Positions 32,101 through 42,600 of a stretch of DNA of 64,000 nucleotides are shown here, piece after piece. The notes under the pieces were generated by a model, which had not been told where the DNA came from, did not search any database, and worked only from the letters and a program-made list of their open reading frames with translations. The stretch is from the IMG/VR virus record IMGVR_UViG_3300027797_000001, positions 50,923 through 114,922 of that record, one strand, 5' to 3'. The position numbers were made by a program, and so were the translations under genes. The DNA comes from a virus. Each line of letters begins with the position of its first letter. The first letter of the stretch is position 1.

Positions 32101-35100
32101 CTGATTCAATAAATAAAAGAATTAAGAATAAAGTAAAAGCTGCTGAGATGGCAGAAACAGCTTTAGGAGAATATTTAGGTATGAAAGAGGGTGATGGTCA
32201 AGGTCATATCACTCTTGAAGCATACAGAAACTTAAAAGAACTTGAAGGTAAGTGGACAGATCAACAGGAGTTACTTTATTTAAAAGTTGCTAATGGAGAA
32301 ACTATTACTGCAGAAGATGTAATTGAATTCTTTCCTTCTTATAAATTACAATACTTTGGTGCAATAGATAGTGAAGGTTTGGCTATAACATCGTTCCATA
32401 AGTTCTCATTAGCACCTATTATTCCATTTACGACTGCTTCTAATAGCTATTTAGAGAAGCTGAATAAAAAAATGATGGAGCAAAATATAGACTATGTAAC
32501 ATTTGAAACTGGTTCTAAAGTATCTCACATTGGATCTGGAGATGTAGTAATTGATGAGAATGGTAATTTTAATGATGATGTTGTATTTACAGAAAATAAA
32601 ATCTTTACAGAATTCTTAAAGAATCAGACAGAAATTAATTCAGTTTATAAAGGAAAAAGTATATTCTCTACACAGTTAAGAAAGCTTATTCTTGAGGGTC
32701 TTTATGAAAAAGGTGTAATAGACACTACAGAGGAAGATAAAATTACAGATCCAAGAGTTAGAAAATATCTTAAAGATGTTGCTGAATATAGTGAGACATT
32801 AAGAGTTGAACTATTAGAAGAAATTGGATTTGAAAAAGAAGGAGATAAATATATTCCTAAAAATAAAGATAGCATAACTAAACTTACAGAACTCATTAGA
32901 GAGAATCTTACAAAAGAAGATGTAGTTGGTGATCATCTTATAGATATTATAGATGTAACAGATAGCGGATCACTTGCTTTTGACTTATCTATACATCCAG
33001 AAGCAGTTAAAATTGAAAAACTTTTAACATCACTTATTAATAAAAGACTAATTAAACAGCAGTTTAATGGTGAGCCTTTAGTACAAGTATCCGGTGCTTT
33101 TTATACAGATGCATTTGGATTAACTGAGGGCAAATTTAAAAATGCTTCAGATGAAGATCGTAAAAAATGGATGGGTTCCAATGTTTTACCTACATATCAT
33201 AAAAAGAAAGATGGCTTTACAGCTGCAATGAAAGTTGCTATTGCATTACAAGGTGATTATACCAACTTATTAAACTTAGAATATAAGGGTAATGTTATTG
33301 GAGATATAGACACATTGAATCTAGCTATTAAAGATGATGAATGGTTAGATGCTAATAATGGAGCTAACAGAAAAGCAATAACAATGGTTGCAGTTAGGAT
33401 TCCAGTACAGGGTCTAAACTCTATGGAGTTCATGGAAGTATATCATTTCTTACCACCACAAGCAGGAAATATTATTGTTCCTCCAACAGAAATAGTTGCT
33501 AAGTCAGGAGCTGACTTTGATATAGATAAGATGACTATTTATATGAACAATATAAATGAGGATGGTACAACACCAGAAAGATTCTTTGAAAATATAGAAG
33601 AGCTAAAAGATTATTTAAATGATCCAGAAGTATCAGATGATGAGAAGTTTCTTGCAATGAAATCTCAAAAACAATACTTACAAAACTCAATCATTAACAG
33701 TATGAAAGAGCTTTTAGAGTTACCTCAAAACTATGTCTCATTAATTACTCCTAATGGAACTTTCTTAGTTAAAGAACTAGCTGATGAATTATCACAGTAT
33801 GTTATGGACTATAATCCATTTAATGTTAAAAATGGAAAGGAAAGAAAAGATGTTAAAACAGGTAAAAAATCTATTAGTCCAACCAGAGTTCTAGAGTCAT
33901 TATATAACTTATATAAGCATGAGTCAAATGTAGTAGGTAAGAATACTTTGGGTCTTGGTGCTGTAGAAAATACATTCCATACACTTATTAATTCTGTAGA
34001 GACAGCGGGTGGAGTTGCAATGCCAGATAGCTTTATGCATGGTAAAGAAAAAGATTTAAGAAAATCATTACTTTGGTTAAGACACAACATAACTAAAAAG
34101 AATGGTAAAGAATTAATATCTATTGCAAGTAGGTATGATGTAGATGGTATAAATAAAATTGCAGATATTATATCTCAGCTTATGAACGGCTGGGTAGATG
34201 TTGAGAAAGAGGCCTGGGTATTCTTTGTTCAAGGAAACTATGAAGTAGCACCTATACTACTTTACTTACTTAAAACAGGAGTACCTGTAGATGAGGCTGT
34301 ATACTTTGTATCTCAACCATTAGTAAGAGAGTATGTAAAAGAACAACGTCTTGCTAAATCTACTTTTGCTGATGTATTAGGTAAAAAACCAGACTCAAGA
34401 AACTTTGTAAGATATCAAGCTGCGTCAGAAGTATTGCTAAATGCTTTACCAAAAGAAATGCATTCTAGTGTATCTAATAACAGAAAGAGATATGAACTTG
34501 GTTTAGAACTTGCAGAAAGAATCTTTAAGTCAAAGAAAGAAAAGAGCTTTACAAAAAAACAAATGCTTGATCTTATTACACAGACTAAAAAGAAACCGGA
34601 GACCGCAAACTCAGGATTATCAATTGCAATGTTCTTACACTATCTACAGATAGAACAACAAATTACAGGACTTACAGAACTTAAAATGGCAGCTAATCCA
34701 GATACATCTACAGATGCTACGGCAGGAGAAGCAGAACAAAGTCTTGCGCAAATTGAAAGAGTAAAGACTAATACTAAAAATGAAGACTATTTATTTGATG
34801 CATTAAAAAATGACTCAATTATTAGCTCACTATTTAACTATGACTTAATTCTTTCACTTAATGAGATGATGTTCCCATTAAGATATAATAGAGCTATCTC
34901 TGATTATCTAATGGCTAAGTCTGATGTTTTAAGAGAAGACTCTCAAATGATTTTTGGAGAAAATAAAACTGATGTATTTATGAATACATTCAGAAATGAT
35001 ATTATTAGTTTCTTATTTCAACAGGCAGCTAGAAAATTCAAGCTTGGAGATTCTTATAAATCATACACTCTAAAAAAATCTGTACCAACTAAATTAGTAG

Positions 35101-36632
35101 ATCAGTTAAAATTTGGAGCATTTGTTAAAAAAGATCCATCAGGAGTTACTACTATGTATATAGACCAGGCAGCTATTGAAAATGACTTTGATAGAGGTAT
35201 ATGGATTAATACATCTGAGGATCAAGACAGTTATATAAACAGAGGTTTATATCCACTTACTGAAGCACACTTTCATTCAAATGTAACTACCAACAAAGAT
35301 GAGTATGTGAAATTTGTTACTGAAAGAGAGTATTTAAGATCTATTTATCCTAAGTCAGAGATAACTAAAACAATTCAGTTTGAAGAAGAATTAATAAATG
35401 TTAAAGGAGAGAAACCAGACTTATCTGAGGCTAAAGCAGAAAGCTATACTTATGAGAAAATCTTAGCAATTAAAGCTCTAGAAAATACATTAAATCCATA
35501 TCACATGTTTAATGATCCTGTATATGCATATGCTGTACAATTCAATAAGCTAATGGAAAAATATGGAGAGATTAAAAAACAATATTCTTTACTTAATAAA
35601 TTAAAGCCTGAGCCTAATAAAGCTAAAAATATGTTTAATCTTTATGTGGCTGAAAAAGACTTTACAAATGATTCTTCTAACTTGTATTATGAAAATTTAC
35701 AAGAGCTTTCAAATCCAGCAATTAAAAAAGTTGTTGATGAAAGACAGAATCAAGAGATAAGTGATTTCTTTGGTAAGTTATCTATGTATGCATTTATGCA
35801 GACTGGTATAAATAAGACCAAGTTTAATTTTAATAACATAGTGGATTTTAAAGAATACATGTATTTAATTAATGATGAGATAGCTACTTTTACTAAGGCA
35901 TTAGAAAATTCTAAAACTGCAAATAAATTCTTAGATGATTTTTATAAAAGATTTGTTTCAGAAAATTCTAAAATAAATAAAGACCGTGGTAGATATAAAA
36001 ACTATCTCTTTAATGTAAGCATGACTGAGTTAGCAAAAATTGCAGATGTTGATACTAATGGTCTTACATTAACAGAAAGATATAAATTAATGGAGAGTAA
36101 AGAAGAGGGGCAATTTATATACGATAATATTAAGGCTACTCCAACAGATTATAATCTAATGCTTAGTAGAAATGAAGATGTTACTTTTGCATATCCAGCT
36201 CCCGTAGTTGTATTGCAAGGGCAGTCATCTGGAATTGGAGACTCTGTAATTAGAAATATATCTAAAGAAATGTCAGTAGGTTTTGCTACATCATTGCTTG
36301 TAGATTCTGATGCACTAACTGAACTAGAGGCAGAGGATTATGAAGCAATTAAAAATTCATATGATGCAGCAATTGAAAGACTATTAAACTTAAAGAAAGA
36401 TGGTAAAATGATTGCCTTCCCATTAAAAGGAATTGGTAATGCAGCAGCCATGCCTCAAGAATTATTCGTATATTTATCTAGAAGATTATACCAAGAATTT
36501 GGGTATCTAAATCCGGGCTCTACTATGTATAAAGAAATTAGTGAATTAGTTGGAGAAAAACAAGGGATATCTGATGCTGAGATATTAGCAGAACTTGGAC
36601 TTGAAGAAGATCCTTTTGCATGTAAAATTTAA
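26106..36632 (+). CDS. Virion-associated DNA-dependent RNA polymerase, crAss-like (two-barrel), with accessory zincin, SLOG-like and macro-like domains
   Basis: 3508 aa. RIPVQG..SM (33396) followed by GADFDIDK (DFDID at 33513-33527), the DxDxD variant known from phi14:2 gp66 and crAss-like virion RNAPs. HEAWH at 29001-29015. Confidence 0.9.
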   Translation: MACLLNEKDVLDIYSDIYENFLEVLDSKSKTPFSPIDYIKTMHSDIAENNDPKFALEVVQAIPQIMLQVIATRGDVRKYIALNNIDTNSLIKLSVDFEKIENVKKFIAGKMPSLSDVKSKIATKNKSDKEVKLKNPEDTSENSDNKVSNTKIEDPLTSTFQYAKAVNPDTATEEELEQRDPEKNTTHSVVKQIIGLFDNRPANSDEVIYQGTSVALRPMMLNMVPKEQLFSDDAKFLEENPEYNGIVVIISDVDGNILNFDEDGNLVDDGKIAYQYLRDLELKNSKISLMNRSGYKYELVSAEQTLKAEDKKEKERNGLGMSQKQKENRLIEIENEQKQKMNDLYRIRQFVMRNPEEVFTLKIIGGSYGNFKNKFIPLSETGLNLNEITLPIAAGPQKGYIKVRIKTKGAGGYIDHYVLLQRGDVTSEIADKIATILTTDAVYRGKPLSDLAKYTYANVFLDNAIEKNNIRIDLKKVNGFNELQVSIKGEKVDLDSPTAFDEIKNHLLKAVELGSKTYPANLNYNKDLIGGSFTDYIIKDGKVSTRKQDYFEFIKPYMKIEFSKLSGGFFMNSNSYLQFAVPEEILPPSKRNYSLASTTSTTNKVKEVETQDVEDEESVDVEPGEVVYNLKKQVGYALATENAQNTDVTLNIAVNFEQGEAKIAKRSAKNHVPVTLNKKRSTQKSFGNLTTIAGNVIKQLNRFKSDTLNVAGNDIVTSIFNGYTQQDLDQFMNQLFERIVNSDSLITPIKKIVTTGESGVPESAIKAAKKNGIGVEITVPTGWTFFVYRKNSANKKYKISNLEEFKARFGDAKVKTTAKRKTSSTINKTKSKFTKAKTTSRKTTPKKTTKQANKKVDTQLNKSAISTQFSLLSRLGERRELFKGDNDELNRLDTLERKVGNFFERLFTTKAQRDSIYKWWETHPMSKHVPLDIITGIVNSDAFATWSQHGITLHLANNATPIDLWHEAWHGFTQLYLTPEEKTKLYDEIRKTPKFENATYFDIEEVLAEDYRNYLRDNTLFTGFIGTIYKKIRDFLRTMFGKITRQDMTRPRDIAIVKELYDKLYRGDILDLEPSMDNIMFTKLNRSSKTINLLQSQEEKYSPFSPKESDHILKMFDTLVADNIKYYNSKNNSKAGVVRLFADKDLKTKLYYSIKQQFADMVSELMSEYKTLALANSDDPAIPELQAKIDLLIKALDNFGNIDAAINDKNVGGVIGYIVKKSRFNQIQEEVIEDPNDLENTRVLQDYKGNVINPKNLASPTTLALISTTFKVEKTEDGQVLPVLDYFGLPQLENLDDIWNKLAKVLAGSFDYTEMYQRLTDSLENYPEFQDILDSLRSPSDYDFKDKTQWRLETNFWQDFKKPRVPFLQYNINKNIVKKKQLDEETGREISPEVANYESVVTNASFAINSVISDWKFNFITSTRDINPYIDIQDNQVLLDTGKIIQKFSDRNGIFTDSKSREFLEALGIYMDRSSAEINAIFADPVKVSNAFFLPFMFDVIKLVDKASQTTDVGKVAAAEKFKSDPVTYLLRGLGGADTKALVENDAAKYDVASRIKALATLQNAYSDGYSNFSVLTPEGNRVWEQVVDNTITRIVTAINKAEDWQQLTNAASDPDNMFQHMRWLGNENNPYSKHSKLLNSIFILDVEESDPSYGAKRTKIEGGNSVPIQLKINNIGGTQLIVNNENDGTGASTASLDATSKFLQEMHTMLLNGIEEFMRHASKNTAMSLKPDEIETYPEKTDKHLYVDIDLFSPKYQGLGETEAFEIILGYIAGELERVNRYKNNDDYKQYKGYNREVYDDRGKVVDAGSVFTAFDDVLSTKVKDELYKIEGDLFEALDNNPDLRQRIENDVTEYFQKETEANLERLESARYVDANLFDKTLDPSLTQAQRDEILVKAYTYNSWIHKFETLILAYGDLVQYDHSKEEFHKRNAGLGSGGRGFRSDVQAIQYINSLTNVYADKYGYTLRPYDGTLRTAIMKEKKVKESIYYKEYLKELTDSINKRIKNKVKAAEMAETALGEYLGMKEGDGQGHITLEAYRNLKELEGKWTDQQELLYLKVANGETITAEDVIEFFPSYKLQYFGAIDSEGLAITSFHKFSLAPIIPFTTASNSYLEKLNKKMMEQNIDYVTFETGSKVSHIGSGDVVIDENGNFNDDVVFTENKIFTEFLKNQTEINSVYKGKSIFSTQLRKLILEGLYEKGVIDTTEEDKITDPRVRKYLKDVAEYSETLRVELLEEIGFEKEGDKYIPKNKDSITKLTELIRENLTKEDVVGDHLIDIIDVTDSGSLAFDLSIHPEAVKIEKLLTSLINKRLIKQQFNGEPLVQVSGAFYTDAFGLTEGKFKNASDEDRKKWMGSNVLPTYHKKKDGFTAAMKVAIALQGDYTNLLNLEYKGNVIGDIDTLNLAIKDDEWLDANNGANRKAITMVAVRIPVQGLNSMEFMEVYHFLPPQAGNIIVPPTEIVAKSGADFDIDKMTIYMNNINEDGTTPERFFENIEELKDYLNDPEVSDDEKFLAMKSQKQYLQNSIINSMKELLELPQNYVSLITPNGTFLVKELADELSQYVMDYNPFNVKNGKERKDVKTGKKSISPTRVLESLYNLYKHESNVVGKNTLGLGAVENTFHTLINSVETAGGVAMPDSFMHGKEKDLRKSLLWLRHNITKKNGKELISIASRYDVDGINKIADIISQLMNGWVDVEKEAWVFFVQGNYEVAPILLYLLKTGVPVDEAVYFVSQPLVREYVKEQRLAKSTFADVLGKKPDSRNFVRYQAASEVLLNALPKEMHSSVSNNRKRYELGLELAERIFKSKKEKSFTKKQMLDLITQTKKKPETANSGLSIAMFLHYLQIEQQITGLTELKMAANPDTSTDATAGEAEQSLAQIERVKTNTKNEDYLFDALKNDSIISSLFNYDLILSLNEMMFPLRYNRAISDYLMAKSDVLREDSQMIFGENKTDVFMNTFRNDIISFLFQQAARKFKLGDSYKSYTLKKSVPTKLVDQLKFGAFVKKDPSGVTTMYIDQAAIENDFDRGIWINTSEDQDSYINRGLYPLTEAHFHSNVTTNKDEYVKFVTEREYLRSIYPKSEITKTIQFEEELINVKGEKPDLSEAKAESYTYEKILAIKALENTLNPYHMFNDPVYAYAVQFNKLMEKYGEIKKQYSLLNKLKPEPNKAKNMFNLYVAEKDFTNDSSNLYYENLQELSNPAIKKVVDERQNQEISDFFGKLSMYAFMQTGINKTKFNFNNIVDFKEYMYLINDEIATFTKALENSKTANKFLDDFYKRFVSENSKINKDRGRYKNYLFNVSMTELAKIADVDTNGLTLTERYKLMESKEEGQFIYDNIKATPTDYNLMLSRNEDVTFAYPAPVVVLQGQSSGIGDSVIRNISKEMSVGFATSLLVDSDALTELEAEDYEAIKNSYDAAIERLLNLKKDGKMIAFPLKGIGNAAAMPQELFVYLSRRLYQEFGYLNPGSTMYKEISELVGEKQGISDAEILAELGLEEDPFACKI

Positions 36633-36636
36633 AAAA

Positions 36637-39600
36637 ATGGTTTGTAATTCTAAAGAAAACTCTATTCAATATTTAGTATCAAAAGGTGCTATAAATGATG
36701 TTAGAAAAGTAATTGATAGAGACTTATTTGATAAGTTAAATGACAGTTTAACAAGGTATGCTGAGACTAAATATGGTCTTGATACTATGGGTGCACAGTT
36801 GTTTACGGCAGCTACAGAACAAACTAGATATTTAAAAGATACTCCAGCATATAGAGAATCCACATATTCTATTAAACGGGCAGTTCCTAATGAGGTATTA
36901 TTTCAAAGACTAGATCAGTTAGTTACACAATATGAGAACAGATCTGATACAGATCAATCTATGTTTAATAGACCTTTAGAACTTGAAATTAATGCAGATA
37001 TAAAAGAAGTATTTGCAGCTTTCCCTAGACTTGCTTCAGTTGGAACATTAGATCAATATAGAGAATACTTAAATTCAAGACTTACATTTCCAAAAATATT
37101 AGTTCATGCAACAGTAGTTCCTTTTGAAACTTTTGATGAGGATCTTACAACAATGAAATCAAAAGATTTGGGTTCCGGTTTATATGTCTCTGATCTTAAA
37201 AATAATTGGTCAAAATATCAAGAACAAAATAAACGTAATATATCAAGACAATTAAGAAATAATTTTGAAGATGCTCTTGAAGATTATTTTGACATGTCAA
37301 TTGACGATATAAATGATAAATATTTTAAAAGGGTAGAGTCAAAGTTTATAAATCCAATATCTAAACTTAAACAATTACTTGATTCTCGTTCAATTAATGC
37401 ATTTGAATTTAATGATCAATTAAAAACTATTGAAGTTGCTAGACAGTATGAAATTTTTAGACTTGCAATTGGGGATATAAAAAGTAAAAAAACTAAAGAG
37501 AGATTGTCAAAACTACTTGATAAAGTAATAACTCCATTTGCTATTTTAGATAAACCAATTAATCAATATTATGGATATACTGGAAACAGTATAAAATATG
37601 TTAAAGATGGATATTTAGAACTTAAAGGAAATGAAAAAGAATCATTGATCATTGAAGGTACAGTGAATGATGTTAAACAAGCTGTTTTAAAAAATCCAAA
37701 AGATTATTTTGTTTTAGGTACTAACCCAGATATAAATGCATTTAAAGAGTTTGTTGCTACAACAAAAGATATGCCTATGATGATGAGAGAATCATCAAAA
37801 ATTACACAAGATGATAAAAGTTACTATAGAGGTCAAATAGAAAAACCTTTTATTGATAAAGACGGAAACTTAATTCTTTTTGGTAGAGAAGATGAGCTTT
37901 ATAAAAAAGCAGGTCTTAAAAGTTATGGCATATCAATGACAGATAATTTAAAAACTGCTGTTGGATATGGAGAAGGTCAATTTGAACGTGAAAATCTATT
38001 ATTTGATGATGTATGGGGATATGACGTAAATACATGGGAAGCTGAGGATGCTTACAATGAACTTCAAGAAAACGGATGGTGGTTAATTCAAATTCCTAAA
38101 AATATTAACTATGAGATAGTTAAAGAAGCTGGTGAAGTTAAAGTTATTGGGAATAAAATTATTGTACCAAAAGGTCAATATAAAATTCAACAGTTTGCAG
38201 ATAATGTAAAAGAAACAATAGAAACAAATGATTTTGATTTACCAATTTTTAAATTTGATGCAGCAACAATTGTAAATGCAAGATCAAAAGAAGTAGCTAC
38301 AATTTTAGCTAACAGACTTGCATTAGGTTTAAAAGTTAATTACTATAATATTACAGAAGCAGAGGCTCGAGATATTCTTAAAAATAGTAAGATACCATAT
38401 CAAGGTGAGCCAGCATTCTTTTTTGCGGGAACTGTTTATACTGTAGGAGATAATGTAAACTTAAATACAGTACTCCATGAATTCTCACACCCATTACTAC
38501 AGGGAATAAGAAAAACTAACAAAGGGAAAGAGCTATTTAATAAATTATATGCGCAGTTAGATGGTACTACAGAAGGAGATGCAATAGTTAATCACTTAAA
38601 AGCAGAATACCCGGAACTTGAAGAAGGATCAGATAGATTTAAAGAAGAAGCTTTAGCTTATGCACTACAATTGCGTGCAGTAAACTTGGTAAATAATAAA
38701 ATAGAGTCTGAAGGTTTTGATAAATTTATTAAAAACTTATTATATCAAATCAAGCAATTCTTAAAATCTATATTTGGCAACAAAGTAAATGTAGCCAAGT
38801 TAGATGTAAATACTTCTTTAGAGGAACTTGCAGACATGCTTCTTGAAAAAGATTTCATTTATGATACTGATAAAATAACATATGATGATCTTGTAGCTTT
38901 TGCAAGATATACAAAAGCAAGGGTGGATTTTCTCACTAAAAATGCAAGTAAAAATGCAGTTACAGACTCTATTAATAGTTGGTATACATCTACTAATGCA
39001 GTTTTAGAAAGAGCAAAAAATTTTAAGGGTAATAAAGTAACAAGAGAAATTGTAAAAAATAGTTTACTTAGAAAAGGAACTACTGAATTAACTCCTGGAA
39101 TTAAAAGATCTCTTTCTGGATATCAAACAATTAATAAAGGAAGACAACAATCTGTTGATGAAGTTATAGAGGGTGCAATAAATGCTGAAGAACTTAGAAT
39201 TAAAGATCTAACTAACAGATCAACTGCATTTGTAAGCTCATTAGAAATTACAAATAATTCCATCAAAGAAATTGAAAATGAATTAAAGTTACTTCAGAAA
39301 AAGAAAAATTTTGGTGGAAGATCTGATATTGCATTACTCGGTTTATATGAGAGTTCATTAACAAGATGGTATAGAAGTATATCAGATGTTTATGACATAT
39401 TAAAGAGTGACTTTAATATGACAACGGATAATCCTTTTTCTAGACTTTTAAATGAAATGTCTACAAACATTAGTGAGTCACGAAAAATTATTATTGATCT
39501 TTATAGAAAGAATACTAAGTATTTATTTGTTTCAATTACTGGTTACATGTCAGACTTTGTTAAAGATGAATTAAATACTGAGCTTGGAAAAATCTTAAAA

Positions 39601-42600
39601 GATAAAATGTCTCAACAGGAATATGAAGATTTCTTTAATAAAATCATACATCAGAAGTTAGAAAAAAATGATGTAGAAAATCTTACTAAAAAATATGGAG
39701 TTCCTGCACTATTTGTCAATAGATTGATAGAGAGATATAACTATTTTATAATTAATGAAACTACTATATCTGACATATTAAAAGGTAAGTTCAAGGATGT
39801 TAGCATTTTAAATAGATTCTTTGAAAGTTATTCTTCAAGTACAAGTCCTATTGTAGGAGCATTATCTATTTATTTGGAGAACCAAGAAAGACAAGCAGAG
39901 CAAAGAGCATGGGATAAGAGTTCTAAATTTAGAAAGAAGTTAGAAGGTATATTACCATCAGTAATAGAATTTAATAAATGGAATACCCGTCAAATGCTCG
40001 ACTTAGTTACTGAAAAAGATACAGTAGCATTTTTTGATAGCAAGGAAGGTAATATGATTAAGAAAGATGTTTATACTTTCTTAAATGAATTTGGTAATGG
40101 CTGGAGGTATGACTTAGATATACTAGATCATGCTATTGATGAGGCAAGAAAAGCTGGTGACCCAGAAGCTCTAAAAAATGCAGAATTAGCATTAAGACAA
40201 TTTAAAAGGGATTACATGCATGATGAGTATGTTCCTGAGTATTATGAGAAAGATGACATATTTAATTCATCACCTATAGGACAAAAGGCATGGGTAGAAA
40301 GAAAACTTGCATTAGATGAGTTTTCAGCAGAAGCAAATAAACTTCATAATGAGTCAGAAAGATTTGAGGCATATGGTGTTTTACAAGAACTGTGGAGAAA
40401 ATATCAAATGCTTTACTCATTAGTAAATGAAGATGGTACACCTAAAACAGGAGAAGACTTAGAAAAAGCTGAGCTTTTACTAAAACATAGAAAAGAAACA
40501 TCTAAGTTTCATGAGTTTGTTCCTGTTCCTGGATCATTACAGACAGCATATAATGAATTTATCAATCTTAAAAAAGCTGAGGGAAAATCACAAGCAGATA
40601 TTGATGAGTTATTAAAAGCTTGGTTAAAGCAAAATACAAGATTAGTTTACTCTCCTAAGTTTTATGAAGAAAGAACTAAGTTACTTAATAGATTACAAGA
40701 GCTTCAGGAGAAAGTAAATATTACAGGATTTAATCCAAGTGATAATTACAAAACAATTTCTAACTTAATATATGGTTTTAAAGATGAACAAGGACAGCCT
40801 GATCCTAATGCATTAGGAGAAGAAAGACTAGAACAAATTAAACAACTACAGCAAGAAATAATTGATTTTAGATTTAATTTTGATAGTAACTCTGGCCTTT
40901 CAAGAGAAGATCTTGATGAGTTAAAAGGTTATGTAATGGCAATTAAGAATAGAAAATTGACAGAGCCAGAACAAAAAAGATACTTATATCTTATTGAGAA
41001 GCAGACTGATCAAGGTCTTACAATGGAAGAAGCATTTGAGATGCAATCTATTTTTGATGAGCTTGGTGAGCTAAGCATGAAAGTTCCTACTGAATATTAC
41101 TTAGATCAATTAAACTTTAATCTTTCTAAGTTTAACATTGCTGCTGTAACAGAAGATAAAGTCAATGAGTATATTAACTCAGATGAATTTAAAGAGCTAG
41201 TAAAAACTGATGAGAACTTTTATAACTGGTTTTTACTTAATCACGTAAATAAAAAAGTATTTAAAAAAGGAGTTGGTCTAACAAATGTTTTTGAAAGAAC
41301 TCTTGCTAACTCTGTTACAGTACCAAAAAATGCTTCAATGATAGAAACTACAACTATTATTGATGAATCTACAGGAGAAGAAATAAATTTAATGGGTGTC
41401 CCTAATAGCAGACACTCAATCTATACTGTAAAAGATCAATATAGATCTATTCCATTTGGTTTAACAGCAGAAGAAAAGAAAAAGTATGTAGGTAAGATAA
41501 TTGATAATAAAGGAAACTTCTTACCTAGACTTTATGATGGAACAAAGACTGGAGCTAAAACTGATAAGTATATAAACAAAAGATACTTTGATTTAAAAAG
41601 ATCAAACAGTGCACAGTTTCAGGTAATTGAAACTATTAAACAATATTTTCTAGAAGCTCAAGAAGGTAAAGCAAATATGGCAAAACTATATTTAGATTTA
41701 CCAAGATATGCTATAGATAATATTGTAGAGTCTTTTCAAGCTGGAAAATATTTAGATAGATATCAGCAAGCTAAAGCTGGACTCAGTGAGTTTTGGGATA
41801 CTACATTTGGAAAGGCTACTAGAAATGCGCAAGATACATTTAACTATAATCCAGAGTTTAATCTTGTTAATACAGACATGGATGGAGATCAAGTAACTTA
41901 TATCCCTGTGTCTGGTCTTTATAATATTGATGCTGATAAAGTTTCTCCAGATGTATTTCAAAGTATAATGAAGTATGCATTATCTCTAGAGATACATGAT
42001 ACTCTTTTACAAAATTTACCATTAGCTGAATCAATAGTAGAAGTATTCTCTTCTCCAGAAGCACAGCCAAAAGCTATAAATAAATATAGAAGAGATATAT
42101 TTAAAGCTACTGGAGAGTTAAAAGAAGCTAATGCAAAAACAGGCACTAATCAAATGCTTGGTCAATTAAACTCTTTAATTGAAAGACAATTCTATGGTGT
42201 ACATAATCAGGATTTATCTGAAAAATATCCTAGAATAACTAAAGCAATTAATGCAATGCAGAAAGCTTCATCTACTGCATCTTTAGCTATTAATATTCCA
42301 TCTGACCTTAAAAACAAATATGGTGCAATGGTTCAGTTAATCATTGAAGCAGCAGGTGCAGAATTTGTTAACTTAAAAGATTTAGCAGCAGGTAGACTTT
42401 GGGCATTTAAAGCTATGACAAGTTGGTCTTCTAAAACCGGTATCTATGCTGTTGGCCCTGGATCGTTTACTACACAGTTAGTTGAAATGTTTGACCCAAC
42501 ATTTAGAGGTAGAGATAATACAGGTAGAAGTGTAAGTAGAAGTTTATACAAAGATCTTGTTAACGGAGAGTGGATGTATATGCACAGAAAGTTTGGTGAG

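Noticed and set aside
36595-36636. ORF-track start (TTG 36595) for the last giant gene
   Set aside because: It overlaps the RNAP 3' end; ATG 36637 after an A-rich leader is more plausible.
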